64,000 bases of DNA. Source: the human T2T-CHM13v2.0 reference genome, Homo sapiens. The stretch lies in the NCBI RefSeq assembly GCF_009914755.1, contig NC_060926.1; one strand, written 5' to 3'. Made by a program: the position numbers and the translations under genes. The notes beneath the pieces were generated by a model. That model made no database searches. It saw nothing but the letters and a program-made list of their open reading frames with translations, and had not been told where the DNA came from. Each line of letters opens with the position of its first letter. The first letter of the stretch is position 1. This document shows, in pieces, positions 12,736 through 26,734 of the stretch.

Positions 12736-14236
12736 AACTCTGATATATTCTTCAGTATGCCAGTTGCATTCTTCAACTCTAAAATTTCTGCTTGATTATT
12801 TTTAATTATTTTAATCTTTTATTAAATTTATCTGAAATAATTCTGAATTCCTTCTCTGTGTTATCTTGAATTTCTTTCAGTTTCCTCATAACAGCTCTTT
12901 TGAATTCTCTGAAAGGTCACATACCTCTGTTTCTCCAGGATAGGTCCCTGGTGCCTTATTTAGTTCATTTGGTGAGGTCATGTTTTCCTGTCTGTCTTGA
13001 TACTCATAGATGTTTGTCTGTATTGGGGCATTGAAGAGTTAGGTATTTATTGTAGTCTTTGAAATCTGGACGTGTTTGTATTGTCCTTCTTGAAAAGGCT
13101 TTCCAGATATTTGAAAAGGCTCAAGTGTTGTGATCTACATCATGTCTGCTTTAGAGGGGATCCTAAGCCCAGTAGCTCTGTGGTTCTTACAGACTCTTAG
13201 AGGTACCACCTTGATGGTCTTGGACAAGATCCAGAAGAATTAATTATCTGGATTACCAGGCAGAGACATTTGTCCTCCTCTCTTGTTTTCTCCGAAACAA
13301 ACAAAGTCTCTGTCTCTCTCTGCACTGAGCCTCCTGGAGCTGGCAGTGGGGTGACACAAGGAACCCTGTGGCCACCAACCCTAGGACTGTGTTGCATCAG
13401 ACTTGAAGCCAGGACAGCACTGGTATCACCCAATGCCTGCTGTAACCACTCCCTGGCTACCACCTATGTTTGCCCAAAGCCCTGGGGCTCAACAATCAGC
13501 AGGTGGCATAGTCAGGGAGGCCTATGGCCTTCCCTTCAGGATGGCAAGTTTCTCCAGGCCCTTGGTGGATACAGAGTTGCCATCCAGGGTCCAGGGACTA
13601 GAGTTAAAAACCTTGGAAGTCCACCTTGTGTTCTATTGCCCTGTGGCTCAGCTGGCAATCAAACCACAAGACACAGTCCTTTCCACTCTTCCCTCCACTT
13701 TCCAAAGGCAGAGGAGTGTCACCCTAGGGCCACTGCCACCTCAGGCCCATGAAGAGTACTGCCAGATTCTTCCAAGATTCCCTTAAGGCCCAAGGGCTCT
13801 TCAGTCAGCTTGTGGTGAATACTGCCTGGTCTGGAACTCACCCTTCAGGGGAGTGGCCCCCATGCCATCCCAGGGCAGGTCCAGAAAGGCCATCCAAGAG
13901 CCAAGTCCTGGAATCGAGGACTCCAAAAGCTTGCCTTGTGCTCTACCCCACTGTGGCTGAGTTAGTACCTCAGGTGCAAGACAAAGTCCCCTTTACTTTT
14001 CCCTCCACTTTTATCAAGCAAAAGGGGTCTTGCCCCTTAGCCACGACACCTGGGAATGTGCTGAGTCTCACCTGAGGCCACCAAGTATCAGCATAGTACC
14101 TGGGTATTCCTGCTGATTATTTAGGGCCCAAGGGCTCTTTAGTTAGCAGGTAATGAATCCTTCCAGGACTGGGTCACTCCTTTCAAGGCAATTGGTTTCC
14201 TTCTGACCCACAGTGTGTCTAAAAATGTCTGGGGGC

Positions 14237-14449
14237 CCTGACCAACGTGGAGAAACCTCATCTCCACTAAAAATATAAAATTAGCTGGGTGTGGTGGTAC
14301 ATGCCTGTAATTCTAGCTACTCGGGAGGTTGAGGCAGAATTGCTTGGACCCAGGAGGTGGAGGTTGCGGTGAGCCGAGATCACACCATTTCACTCCAGCC
14401 TGGGCAACAAGAGCAAAACTTCACCTCAAAAAAAAAACAAAAACAAAAA
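14237..14449 (+). mobile_element. 5'-truncated AluS (Sp-like)
   Basis: gaccaacgtggagaaacc, aaaattagc, ggcaacaagagcaaaact. Confidence 0.88.
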
Positions 14450-15269
14450 CGTCATGGGACTAGGGCCTGGAAAGGGGGCCTCATGACTTTGACTGGTGCC
14501 TTATCCTGCTGTGGCTGAGCTGGTATCCAAGATGCAAGAGAAAGTGCTCCCTGCTCTTCCTTCTCTTCTCCTCAAGTGGAAGGAAGGGGTCTTTTTGGAG
14601 CCACAAGCTGTGCAGCCTGTGGTTACAGGAAGGGTGATCCCAGCACTTTCTTAGCCACCCTGGCTGGTGTCTCCGTAGGTCACATGCCCTCATAGTCTAC
14701 TGTCTCGGGGCCCAGTTGAGCCCTAGGACTCACCTAGGTGTTGCAGTCCCTGTGGCCTAGAATACTTTTCTTTGGGGCCACAGAGTGCTTTAGTCCATGG
14801 TGGTGAGGCTTGTGGGGACTCAAGTTCTGACAGCTGGGGTTGGTGACTCCCCTCTGGCTAGGGCTGGTTTAAAAGCTCTGTCCATGGGTGGGTGTCAGTT
14901 GAGTTTGGTCCAGTTTTGCTTTGTGCTATAACAAGGGCAGCACGGAGCTCTGTGCCTCACAATTGCTGGCTCTCGCACTTCCCAGGACACAGAAACACTC
15001 TGCACCTTGATGCTGCTTCCGGGGGAAGGAGGAAGGGTGGCATTAGTGACTCAAGACTGCTTTTCTCACCTCTTCAGTGCCTCTTTCAGTGAAATGAAGT
15101 CAAAACCAGGTCCTGTGAGTTCTCGCCTGATTTGGAGTTCTTAAAGAGGTTCTTTTTTCATGTAAATAGTTCTTGAATTGGTATCCTTGTGGGGGGTGGG
15201 GTGGGGCGGTGATTGGTGGAGCCTTTTATTCCATTATCTTGCCCCACCACTCTCCCTCAATGTAATTTT

Positions 15270-15995
15270 TTACCAAGAAAATACAAAAAAAATTACAACC
15301 TGATATTATTTACATTTCTTCCCTAAATGGATTAAAAACAGAGACAGGACAAGAGACTGAATATATTAAGTGTTGGTGATGATACAGAAGAATTGAATTC
15401 ACTCACCCTGCTTATGGAAATACAGATTGATGCAGGAATGGTGGAAAGCACATTAGTAGTATTCACCAAAGGTAACCATGCATCTTTCAGAAATTCACAT
15501 CCCAGAATTCCTCTCCTGGGCACATAACCAAGAGAAATATGTACTATGGTCACCAAATGACATGTACAAACAGGTTCCCAGAACTGGAGTCTCATCAAAT
15601 GAGTGTTGGTCACAACACTGGAGTGGAGAAGCATAGCATGCCATATTCCCACAATGGAGTCTCGTATAACGATGACAGTATATGCACGACCACATGAAAC
15701 AACATGGAGAGACCTCACAAACGGAGTGTTGAATGCCATAACTAAGGCACAGAGAGTACATACTCAGTAAATGAGAGTAATCTGTGGTGCTAGAAGTTCA
15801 GATAATGGCTTCCCTTGGGGACTGGGTGATGAAAAGGGGCTTCACAGCAGCTTCTAGGCAGGACTGATGCTTTGTTACTTGGACTGATCTGGTTCTACAC
15901 ACAAAGCTGTGCTCATTTGTGAAATGTTTTTGAGCTGTACACTTATGGTTATAACATCCTTTTCTTATGTACGTTATAATTCAATAAAATGTCTA
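15270..15995 (+). mobile_element. Old L1M 3' end (continuation of the host at about 9940-10250)
   Basis: gacaagagactgaatatattaagtgttggtga...gagctgtacacttatgg...tcaataaaa. Confidence 0.7.
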
Positions 15996-16070
15996 TAAAA
16001 TCAATCAATATTGATATATAGTTTAGGCATATTACCTAGTCATAAAACAACTCTTTAAAAATCAGAGAAT

Positions 16071-16162
16071 GATACAATTTAGAATGGTGTTTACTGTGTG
16101 GAGAAGGCTACAGGATGAGACAATTTAGAATGGTGTTTACTGTGTGGGGAAGGCTACAGGAG
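16071..16162. repeat. 46-bp tandem duplication
   Basis: ga(t/g)acaatttagaatggtgtttactgtgtgg(a/g)gaaggctacagga occurs twice. Confidence 0.92.
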
Positions 16163-16329
16163 GAGTTTAGGGAAGGGTTGCTCAGCTACGTTCTTCAACA
16201 TTCGTAACAGTTATGAGGTTTGGTGCTGGGTTCATGGCTGTTGGTGTTGTGATTCTGCTTCCCACGTTGCATATGTTTCCAATCGACTAGGAGCATGGGG
16301 AATGAAAATAAGCCTGTTGCAGAAAGCTG

Positions 16330-17050
16330 GGCAAGATGTGATGGGGAATGAACCACTGTGATGGCAGTGAAAGCGTCAAGATATATTATTTTAAAGGAGA
16401 ATCCATGTTAAGTGCTATTTGACACCTATGCAGGTGAGACACAGGCTTCTGGTCTGAACAGCTGGGTGGACAGTGGTGCTGAGAAGAAGCCAGGGAAGAA
16501 GCAGCCTTGCAGAGCACATTGAGAATACTGTTCTGAGCATGTTTAAATTCAGACATAGAAGGAAGTTACCAGTGAAATGTCAGGTAAGCAGCTGGATGTA
16601 TATAAATGTGATTCTCCGAGGAGATGTCTGAGTGGGCAATATAAATGTGAAAGTCATCAGCATAAAAATGACATGAAAAGCATATTAGATGGATGACAAT
16701 ATCTAGGAGAAGAGTGCATGGAGAGGTAAACAGAGTCCAAGTTCGAATCCTCAGTGATTTTAGGAGGTAGGTTTGGGTGGAAAGGAAGAGCCAGCAAAGA
16801 AAAATAGAAATTAGTCAACTGAGCAGAAAGACATCCAAGAGAGCTGGTGTCAGGAAAAAAAAAAAGTGTTTCAAAAAATTTCAGCTCTATAAGAACAGAC
16901 TAAAAAGGTGAGCAAGATTAAAACAGAGAACTCACCATTGAATTGGGAGACATGCAAATCATCAGAGACCTTTTCAAGAAGATATCAATGGAGTGATGGG
17001 TAAAGAAGACAGGAATGAGTTGAAGAGGGGATTGGGAGGTAGGGAGGGGA
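16330..17050 (-). mobile_element. L2 LINE fragment
   Basis: gtcaggtaagcagctggat...gtcatcagcataaaaatg...catcagagaccttttcaag. Confidence 0.7.
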
Positions 17051-17994
17051 GAGAGTAACAAATAACATTGTTGTTATTATGACACTGTAAATAATCTAAG
17101 GTCTGGAACATAATAGGTGCTAAATAAATATTTTTGAGCACATAAATAAGTGAACAGGAATGACCTTATACTTTGTGTTACCCAAAAGTAACTAAAAACA
17201 CTTCTCTGTATGTCTTTATCTCTTTATTTTTATTTTTTAAATGCCAGACGAAGCCAGTGAGATATATGGTAAATTGCGCCTGAGAACTTAGATTTAGCCA
17301 GTGGTAGGACTGACATGTGTCCAACATCTTGGCTAACAAATGTCTCCTCTTGAGACAAAGAATATAAATTTATGAACATAAACAATGAAGAGTTATTGCA
17401 TGTTTACTATATGAAAGATCAGTAGACATTGTAAAATTCATTCAAAAATTTTAAACCATTTAATGTTTTATTCATTCTGCCATACTCAAAACAGCATGAA
17501 AAACATATGAACATAAGAGGTTTTCGAAAATGGATCTTTCCCCATAAACTTGAAATACTCTGCTAAACACAGTACTGTACTACTATCCCACTAGTAACAG
17601 ATTTTGAGGTTGTATTCATTGAAATGTACTTCAGTGGGTCTATCCAGGGGTCATGCCGGTTGTGAGTGTGTCTGTGAAATTTGATTACCCTTTTCACTTG
17701 CTAAAAATATCAAGGCCTGCAGAATTCACTTAACTTTCTTAATTGAGGTCCCTATGGTTACAGTGTAGATAAATAGCAACATAGAGGAAAAGTTTTAAAA
17801 AATATCCTAGAAGCATCCAGGATTTGTTTTATTATAATTTACAGTGGCGATGTCTTCATTTTATTTGTGGGGGAAAATAAAGACAAGTACCTTTATTTAT
17901 CTGTAGACTCCGAGTTTTGGGTTAAAAGTGGAGTATTATATGCTAAAAATTGCGAGCTAGAAGTTTTAGTTGGATACATTTTGGATATCTTTTG

Positions 17995-18201
17995 TTTATT
18001 TATTTTATATTATTTTATTTTTTTGAGTCAGGATCTCACTGTGTCACCCAGGCTGGAATGCAGTTGTGCGATCATGGCTCACAGCAGCATCAACCAACTG
18101 GATTCAAGCGATCCTCCCCCCTCAGCCTCCTGAGTAGCTGGGACTACAGGCTCTCACCGCCACGCCTGGCTAATTCTTGCATTTTTTGTGGAGATAGGGT
18201 T
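17995..18201 (-). mobile_element. Truncated AluJ (right monomer plus part of left)
   Basis: gagtcaggatctcactgtgtcacccaggctgg...gatcatggctcac...gggactacagg. Confidence 0.88.
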
Positions 18202-18589
18202 ATAAACCTTGTAACAAAACCAAAAATTTGAGTAAAATGTAAAAATTCCTCAAAATAAGATTTGCCAAACTGAATGAAGAAAATAATGGAATATCAGAAT
18301 AATTTTAATAATTAAAAAATTAAATACATTTTTTCACAAAGAAGTCTCTAAGCCTACATGGTTTATAGGTGAATTCTTGAAACAGTTTGTAAAAGAAATA
18401 ATACTAAACATTCAAAATTTTTCAGATAAAAAAAGTATAAAATATTTCTTAAGTAGTTTGTGTTAAATGAAGCCTACCTAAATTTTATATTTAAAAAATC
18501 GTTGCTGATGTTAAGGTAAGTACCTTAATCTCTTATGAATATGATGCAAAAATTTTAAGCAATCTATTACAGTTGGAAAAACAAAAATT

Positions 18590-19095
18590 TTAAACAAATT
18601 ATCAACAAGTTGAACCCAGTGATTTACATTAACAAATTATTATTATTTTTCTTAGTATTATTTACATAATAAATTTACATAATAAACAATTATTATTTAC
18701 ATAATAAACAAATTATTAACAAGTTGAACCCAGTGATTTCAAACAAGTTGAACCCAGTGTTATCATCAATGACATATTATCATTAATGATGATTCTATTT
18801 ATAATTATATGATTATTAGTATAACTAATGAGAACATTATTATTATACATATAAAGTTGATCTATTTCACATATATAAATAAATTTCATATATATTTTAT
18901 AAATTTATATATTAAACATACTAACTGTATGTATGATGATAATGTGTATATTTCACATATATGTGTTTATATATGATTTTATATACATGTGCTGTATGTG
19001 TTTACATATATGATAATATATGTTTATATATTTCATCTATATGTTTATATATAGATGAAATATATATGTGAATATATTTATCATACTATAAAATT
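18590..19095. repeat. AT-rich low-complexity tract with local microduplications
   Basis: aacaagttgaacccagtg x3; tttacataataaa x3; (TA)-rich tract. Confidence 0.85.
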
Positions 19096-19689
19096 TTAAC
19101 AAAATTCATTTATGTCAGTAACAGAAAAAGGAATAACATATGTCATTACTTCAATATACCCATTAGAAGCACTTTAGATAAAAATTCTCAGCAAACATGG
19201 ATAGAAGGATATCTTCTTAATCTGATAAAGAATATCAAACAAAAAACAGAACAGAACTTGCAGTAAAATGATTAGTGGTAAAATACAAAGAGTGTTTCCC
19301 TTTTCAGGACAAGGATGCCTACTCATAGCATTTCTATTCAAAGTTAGACTGATCCAATACTGTACCTGAACAATCAAGCAACAAAAATTAAAAAGGCGTA
19401 AGAATGGAAATGAATAAATATTATTTTCAAATGATATAGCTATATAGCTAGGAAATCTAAGTTAATCTAAAGGCAAATTTTTTAGAATTAATAAGTGAAT
19501 TTAACAAAAATGGGATCCAATATCAATATAAATTCAATGAATTGTATATTTGCATATCGGCCACAAACAAGTAAGAAATGAAATTAACAGTAAAATGCTA
19601 CTTAAAATAGCATTCATAAATATCCAATGCCAAGAAATAAGTTTAACAAAAGGGACACAAGACTTCTGTACTGATAAATACAAACCATT

Positions 19690-20048
19690 TATATTAGTCC
19701 ATTTTCATGCTGCTGATATAGACATACTTGAGACTGGACATTTTACAAAAGAAAGAGGTTTACTGGACTTACAGTTCCACATGGCTGGGGAGGCCTCATG
19801 GCAGAAGGCAAGGAGGAGCAAGTCACATCTTATGTGGATGGTAGCAGGCAAAAAAAGAGAGCTTGTGCAGGGAAACTCGTTTTTAAAACCATCAGATCTC
19901 GTGAGGCCCATTCACTATCACTAGAACAGCAGGGAAAGACCCACCCCCAAGATTCAATCACCTCCTACCAGGTCCTTCCCACAACATGTGGGAATTATGA
20001 GAGCTACAAAATGAGATTTGGGTGGGGACACAGAGCCAAACCATATCA
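19690..20048 (-). mobile_element. THE1 (B-like) solo LTR
   Basis: tatattagtcc...agccaaaccatatca; perfect 5-bp TSD ccatt at 19685-89 and 20049-53. Confidence 0.93.
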
Positions 20049-22049
20049 CCATTATTGAAAACAAATAAAGAAAGCTAAAAATGGCTATCTATATCATATT
20101 ATAGGGTTGCAAGATCATTATTGTAAATAAGTCAATCCCCCAAAATGTATCTATTAATTCAATACTATCTCACCCCCTGCTGGATTTGTGTTTGTGTGAG
20201 TGAGTTTTTTACTGTGCATATCCACAAGTTGATTCCAAACTGGATATGGCCATGCGAATTGCTAAGAAGAGCTAAGATAATATTGAATAACAAAGCTGGA
20301 GGACTTACAATGTCACATATTGGGACCTATAAAGGTAATAGAAATCATTACAGTGTGCTTTGGCAAACAAGATGAACGTTTCACAGTGGAACGTGAAATG
20401 TATCCAGAAATAGACCCATACACATACATGAACCCGAGTAATGACAGAGATCATACTTACTAGGGGGCCTTTTCAGTAAGTGGTGCTGGGCTCCCTGGAT
20501 TTTCTATACACAAAACCAGTTTGCATCCTTACTTTTTAAACTATTTACAAAAATTAACTTCAGATATAGTGCAGGTCTACATGTGACAGGGAAGCCATAA
20601 AGATTTAGAAGAACATATCTTCAAAGACATTGAAGTTTTTACTTTTTTTGCATATCCTTAAAATAGGCAAAAATGATAGTGAACAATACTAACATTAAAA
20701 ACTTTGATCATCAAAAGATACTACTAAAAGAAAGTGAAGAAGCAACTTCAGAAAAGCAGGAAATATTGCCACATATATTTCCTACAAAGGGTATGTATTC
20801 GGTACATATAAAGAAATTCTACATACCAATAAAAAAATGAGTAAAATATTTGAACAGACACTTTACACAAGAGGATATACAAAAAGGGCCAATAAATCCT
20901 TCTAAATGAAGAAAACAGAGTGTTTAACTTTCAAACTGACAGAAGTTAGAGTGATAAAAATTAACCAGTTCTACAGAAGTTTCAAAAGGAGAAAACAGAT
21001 ATAAAGACAAGATTGAAAACAAAAGTATAATCAGTAATTGAAATTAGCTTTAAAAAGGCTAAATATTTAATTTAAAAGTTTAGAATAATGAATTAAAACT
21101 ATACAATATTTATGAGAAATATTTATAACTCAGGAATACAGGACTATTGAAAATAAAAATATTGAACTATATATATATAATCGAAATGTTAAAGGAAAGT
21201 CTGGCTGGGTCAGTAAATACAAAAGTGACTGAGGTATCTTACATTAAGAGGTAAGCAGGATACCTTAATAATAATTGTATTCTCTATTATCTAGAAAGAT
21301 ATAACAAAATATATGCTCCAGTATAAAGTCATATACATGCATGCTAGAATACATGTACGAATGATGTCTGTAGCAGCATTGTTCATAATGGCCCCAAATC
21401 AGAAACAATCCAAATGTCCATCAAAAGTTTTAAGCCACAATGGATCACAATTAATGCACATACCATTAACAACAGAAACAGAAACTGAGTAAAAGAAACC
21501 AACCATGAAAGAATGAAGAGGATTATGCTGTTTTTTTAAAGTTCAAGGCCTGGAGAAACTATTTCATATTATTTAACAAAACATATAAACTCTATGTAGG
21601 TTGAAAACTATACATTTATAAAAGGGAATATCAATTACAAACATCATCAATTATGGAAATGGAAATGAAAATAAGATAATCTACACACTTACCAGAAGAT
21701 CTAAAATGAGATTTAAGATATTAAGTATTGGTGAGAAATTGGAATCATCATGTGCTGCTGGTGGAAATGTAAATTGGTGCAACATATCAAACTTTGGAAA
21801 ATATTTTGACAATGTTACTAAAACAGCATGTGGAATTCCACTTGTAGATATATGCTCAACAGAAATGTATACATTTGTTCACCAATAAACAAATACTCTG
21901 TTATTCATAACAGAAATATTTCTAGTAGCCCTAAACCGGAAAGTAACCACATACCCACCAATAATGGAATGAATGAATGAATTGTGAAATAGTTCCATGA
22001 TGGAATACTATACAGCAATGATAAGGAAACATTTACAAGATTGAATCAA

Positions 22050-23070
22050 CCAATGAAAGCCTGATTTTCTTCCTAATGTTAATGAGAATGCTCCTGTTAT
22101 TCTACTACTTTTTATGATGTTGACTTCGATTTCTGGTAGATAACTTTTATCAAGTTAAAGACATTTTCTTATACCTTAGTTTCATAAGAGCTTTCATTAC
22201 GGTGTTGAATTGTATCAAATGTTTATAACATTAAGATAATTGTATTGTTTTAATCCTCAATTTCCTGAGATAGAATAGATTTTCTAATATTGAACGTAAG
22301 GTGATTTTTAAAATTTGAAGCTCTTTTAATATCAAAACAAATATTAAAGTTACAATGTCATATTCTATTAGTACACTTTTGTAGTCTATTTGCAAATATT
22401 TTATTTCATATTTTGTGCCAATGTACATAAGTGGAAATGTCCTGTAGTTTACCCATTTTATCACTGTCTAGTCTTGGTATCAAGATTTTTAATTCCTTAA
22501 ATTACTTTTGAAGGTTTTTGGTTTTCTTATTCTCCAGAATAGTTTACATAGAGTATACATTTTCTGGTCTTTGAAGTTCTGAAAAATTATTTCAGCCTAG
22601 AAATTTTCAGGCTGGGACAGTGATTCAGATGATGATGGTGACGATGATGAAGATGGTGATGATTCACTTACTATTTTATTTTTCCCCATGATGCATAATT
22701 TACTCGTATTTTCCACTCGTTCTTGAGTTAGTTTTGGCAATGTATCTTTTCTAATAAAATCACTTTTCTCTTCTAAATTGTTAAGTTGTCATTAACGTAT
22801 ATATTTTATTTTTATAAGTATGTGTCAGTTCCATAATTACAGTTCTAATTTCTTCGATGGCATTCTTAATATTAGCTAGTTATTTTTCCAAACCTTTTTA
22901 AAAATTAGATTTGTAAAATATTTCTCTATTTTTAATAATTTTAAGAAAATATGGTTTTGCTTTTATTGATTGAATTTACTGAGTTTTAACACTTTTGGTT
23001 TTGCATTGTATTTAATGTATGCTTATATTTTTATTGAGGCATTATCTCTACTTTTATCCTAGCTCATGAA
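22050..23070 (-). mobile_element. Old L1M fragment (antisense) containing (GAT)n at 22621-22662
   Basis: ggtagataacttttatcaagttaaag, gtgttgaattgtatcaaatg, gtcttggtatcaag. Confidence 0.6.
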
Positions 23071-23414
23071 AATGAATGCATAGTTCATGCTGGAAGGGAC
23101 TAGGGTGAAACAGGAAGCAGAGAAAACCAAGCATGGAGGTTATGTGGGCAAGGCTGCAGGAGAAGCAGCAGAAGGAAGAGCAGGCTGGCTGGGCTAAAAT
23201 TTTAATCAGATAAAATGCACTGGACAGCACCATACAGCAATGTTTCAGGTGTGGTTAAAAATATACAAAAGTATACTAATAATTCTTTATACTTTGGGGA
23301 TATGTTACACTTAAGAAGCATAATATTGAAAAAAACTTTTATTAATTTAATTTTAGAGAAAGAAACTTGCACTCCTGGGAGTAGGAAAATGTCTAGCTTC
23401 CAGAGGCGTAACTG

Positions 23415-23928
23415 CTAATTCAGTTGGAAACAGCAAATAAAGAACTTCAAATCAGCATATAAAAAGCAGTGTACTTCTGAAGACTAACAGTGAATAAGCT
23501 GAAAATTAAATTTAGAACCCAATCCCATTTATTGTACAATTAAAAAGAATAACATTCTCAGAAATAATCTTACCTAAGAAGATGAAAAACTTATATTCTG
23601 AAAACTACAAACATTGATTAATTAAATTAACATACACACAAATAAATAGAAGAACATCCCATGTTCATGAATAGGAAGACTTAATATTGTGAAAATGTCT
23701 GTAATACCTAAAGCAATCTACAGATTTAATATAATTTCATTGAAATTCACCCACTAACATTTTTTACAAAAATAGAAAAAAAATACCAAAATTCTTATGG
23801 AACCAGAAATGATTCCAAACAGCAAAAGCATTTTTGAGAAAGAAGAACAGGGCTGTAGTCATCACACTTCCTGATTCCAATATACATTACAATGCTACTG
23901 TAATTAAGCAGTATGGTAGTGGTATAAT
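23415..23928 (+). mobile_element. L1M ORF2 fragment
   Basis: catcccatgttcatgaataggaagacttaatattgtgaaaatgtc...catcacacttcctgatt. Confidence 0.8.
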
Positions 23929-24813
23929 TTTTTATTTGATACTATAATAAAATGCTACTTACATATTTTCTGCCTTTTATGATTTATTGAGGCTTATTTC
24001 TTGCCCTGTGGTGTTAATAAATGTTCAGATTTTGAAAACGTGCTCTTAAATAATTCTTCAGCTTAATCAATTGTTGATGATTTTGTTCTCCAGCTGCATC
24101 GATTCTAATTTTATATATAGCCTGTCCTATCTTGATAATCATGTTTCTAATTTCTTCAAGAGCTCTGTTTTGTAAAAATTATTATAACCTATTCTTGTGT
24201 TATGAATGCAATGTCTTCTCCTGTCCCTATGAGAACATTTTCCACCCTGTGATCTCAGGGGTATGTTTTTCTGTGTGTTGACTTTGTTTACATTATTTTG
24301 CTTGCTAATTTTTATTGCTAACTTTTATGAAATACTTGGCGATCTTGTTTTTTGCTTAGATTATCTTCCTAATTCCCTGTTCCTCTGTCTATGGAGTTTG
24401 TCTTTATCATTACTGGCATTTTATGATTGAAGAGGCAGAACAAAACACCCTGTAGTCAGGATGGATGAACTTGCTAGTCCCAGGTCTTCCGGGCATAGGC
24501 GTTCAACATTATTTTTATAATTTTTCAAGATTTGAAGTAAGTGAGGAAGGAAGTAATGTTTCCATCCTAATCCAGTCTCCACCTTTATCCTTTTTGTATC
24601 TGGTAAGATTAATAAGCGGAAGAACCCTGAGAAACTCAGACAAAGGTTTTATTTTTAGGTCAATCAAAGAAGAAAAATAAAAGCTTAAACAAATTACCTG
24701 AGTGACAGACAAAATATGCCAAAAAGATCAGCATCCAAGGGTAAAAATGTACTTTAATTCACAAACTTTAGTGGCAAAGTAATGTCTTAATATTAAAAAA
24801 TCAGTATTTTAAT

Positions 24814-24979
24814 CCAGTCCATCGCCTATCATGGGGTGGGGAGGGGGGAAGGATAGCATTAGGAGATATACCTAATGTAAATGACGAGTTAATGGGTGCA
24901 GCACACCAACATGGCACATGTATACATATGTAACAAACCTGCACGTTGTGCACATGTACCCTAGAACTTAAAGTATAAT
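24814..24979 (+). mobile_element. Short L1PA 3' end with 19-bp TSD and 5' micro-inversion
   Basis: L1 3'UTR to ctagaacttaaagtataat; TSD aaaaaatcagtattttaat at 24795-24813 and 24980-24998. Confidence 0.93.
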
Positions 24980-25593
24980 AAAAAATCAGTATTTTAATAT
25001 TCCATAACAAAACAATATGCAGATGTGATATAGATTGCACTATGCCTCCTGTATTAACAAAGAAGACTACATATAGTTTAACATTTTATTCCAAGTTTAA
25101 ACATCTCCAGATAGGAAAGAAAAATTCCTAGAATTTTTTTTCATAAAAATCACATTGCTTTTAATTTAATTTAACCAATTCCTGTGCCTTAAAATCAAAC
25201 ATAAAATACTGTGAGCAGAGTCTCCTCATCCCTAGGCCTCCAAAGTGAACATTATGCAGTAGTGACCATGAGCTGGAGAAAATGTGGATTAAAATCAAGG
25301 GTGGTTGTCTCTGCATACATAGCTAAGTACTAGGTTAAGATTTTTCATATCCCTCTTAGGCATGTAAGGCAGACCCAGAAGACTACAGAAGTGGTAACAC
25401 CAGTAATTATTAATGGAACAGAATCTAGGATTGGAAGGTTGGGATTTAGACAACATCTTATCTCTCAGATTTATGTATGAAAAAGTCTACTCTATTTTAC
25501 CTTCTAGACTTTGTGTGCATATCTGTCATTACCAGGGTTCCCAAGTCAGAAGGTCGATCATCCTGTCTTTAAAAACTGCTAATCATTCTGTGA

Positions 25594-25620
25594 GTGTGTG
25601 TGTGTGTGTGTGTGTGCGTG
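25594..25620. repeat. (GT)n microsatellite
   Basis: Seen directly. Confidence 0.9.
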
Positions 25621-26000
25621 CACATGCATCTCTCTCAACAAACCTTATGTAGGCTCTGAAGCCTCAATCTAGGATAGCAGGATAGCACTATTAGATCATG
25701 AATTGTCACCTAAATACTTTGATTCAAACACCGTTGCTGAATAGGAGTTTATCCAATTATCTTTTTCCCAATTGACATCCTTGAAGCCAAAGGTTGATAT
25801 TAAGAAATCAATACTAACTCACTTAGTTTCAGATATTATTCTGCTAGAATTTTATTTTAAAATAAAATTATTATTATTTTTATTTTTATTTGGTGGCTGG
25901 TCCACGGTTGGAAGCATGTGGTACCAACATTGGCTCTTAATATGCTTTATGGAATTTAATTCATCAACATTAACTAGTTAAATTGTCTTAATCTATAAAA

Positions 26001-26199
26001 TGTCAAGTTATTAGATACTAATATTGTATAGTATGTTGAAAGAATGCAATTGTCAAAAAGTCCTATTTTTCAGATAGATACATATGAGGTTAAGAATGTG
26101 ATAGAGGAAGGGGAAGGGATCAAATTCAAAGGTTGGAATGCCGCTTGGAGAAAGTAGGTTTTTATGTGCTTCAAGAAATAGAGACCAAAAAGTATTAGA
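26001..26199 (+). repeat. Donor copy of a ~200-bp local duplication
   Basis: About 96% identical to 30086-30284. Confidence 0.93.
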
Positions 26200-26241
26200 G
26201 ACTAAAGAGTAAATGGTGAAAAGATCTTTCTAAAAGCAAAG

Positions 26242-26673
<432 letters not shown>

Positions 26674-26734
26674 TCACGATTTCTCCCAGGACCAGCTGTG
26701 GCCCTCAGATTTAATAAGCTGCACCCTGGAGTAC

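Larger units (their letters stand above)
18205..22035 (+). mobile_element. Old L1M ORF2/3' fragments with AT-rich insert and THE1
   Basis: ORF2 motifs ggtttataggtgaattc, ggacaaggatgcctactc, ccagaaatagacccata. Confidence 0.7.

Noticed and set aside
13197-14075. Long ORFs (160, 127 and 108 aa)
   Set aside because: They lie in the GC-rich L1MA 5'UTR and are chance ORFs.
16741-16750. GTTCGAATCC tRNA B-box
   Set aside because: No A-box or cloverleaf; embedded in an L2 fragment.
17601-17661. Possible 61-nt exon ending at GTGAGT
   Set aside because: Weak polypyrimidine tract and poor exonic donor context (GTT|GT).
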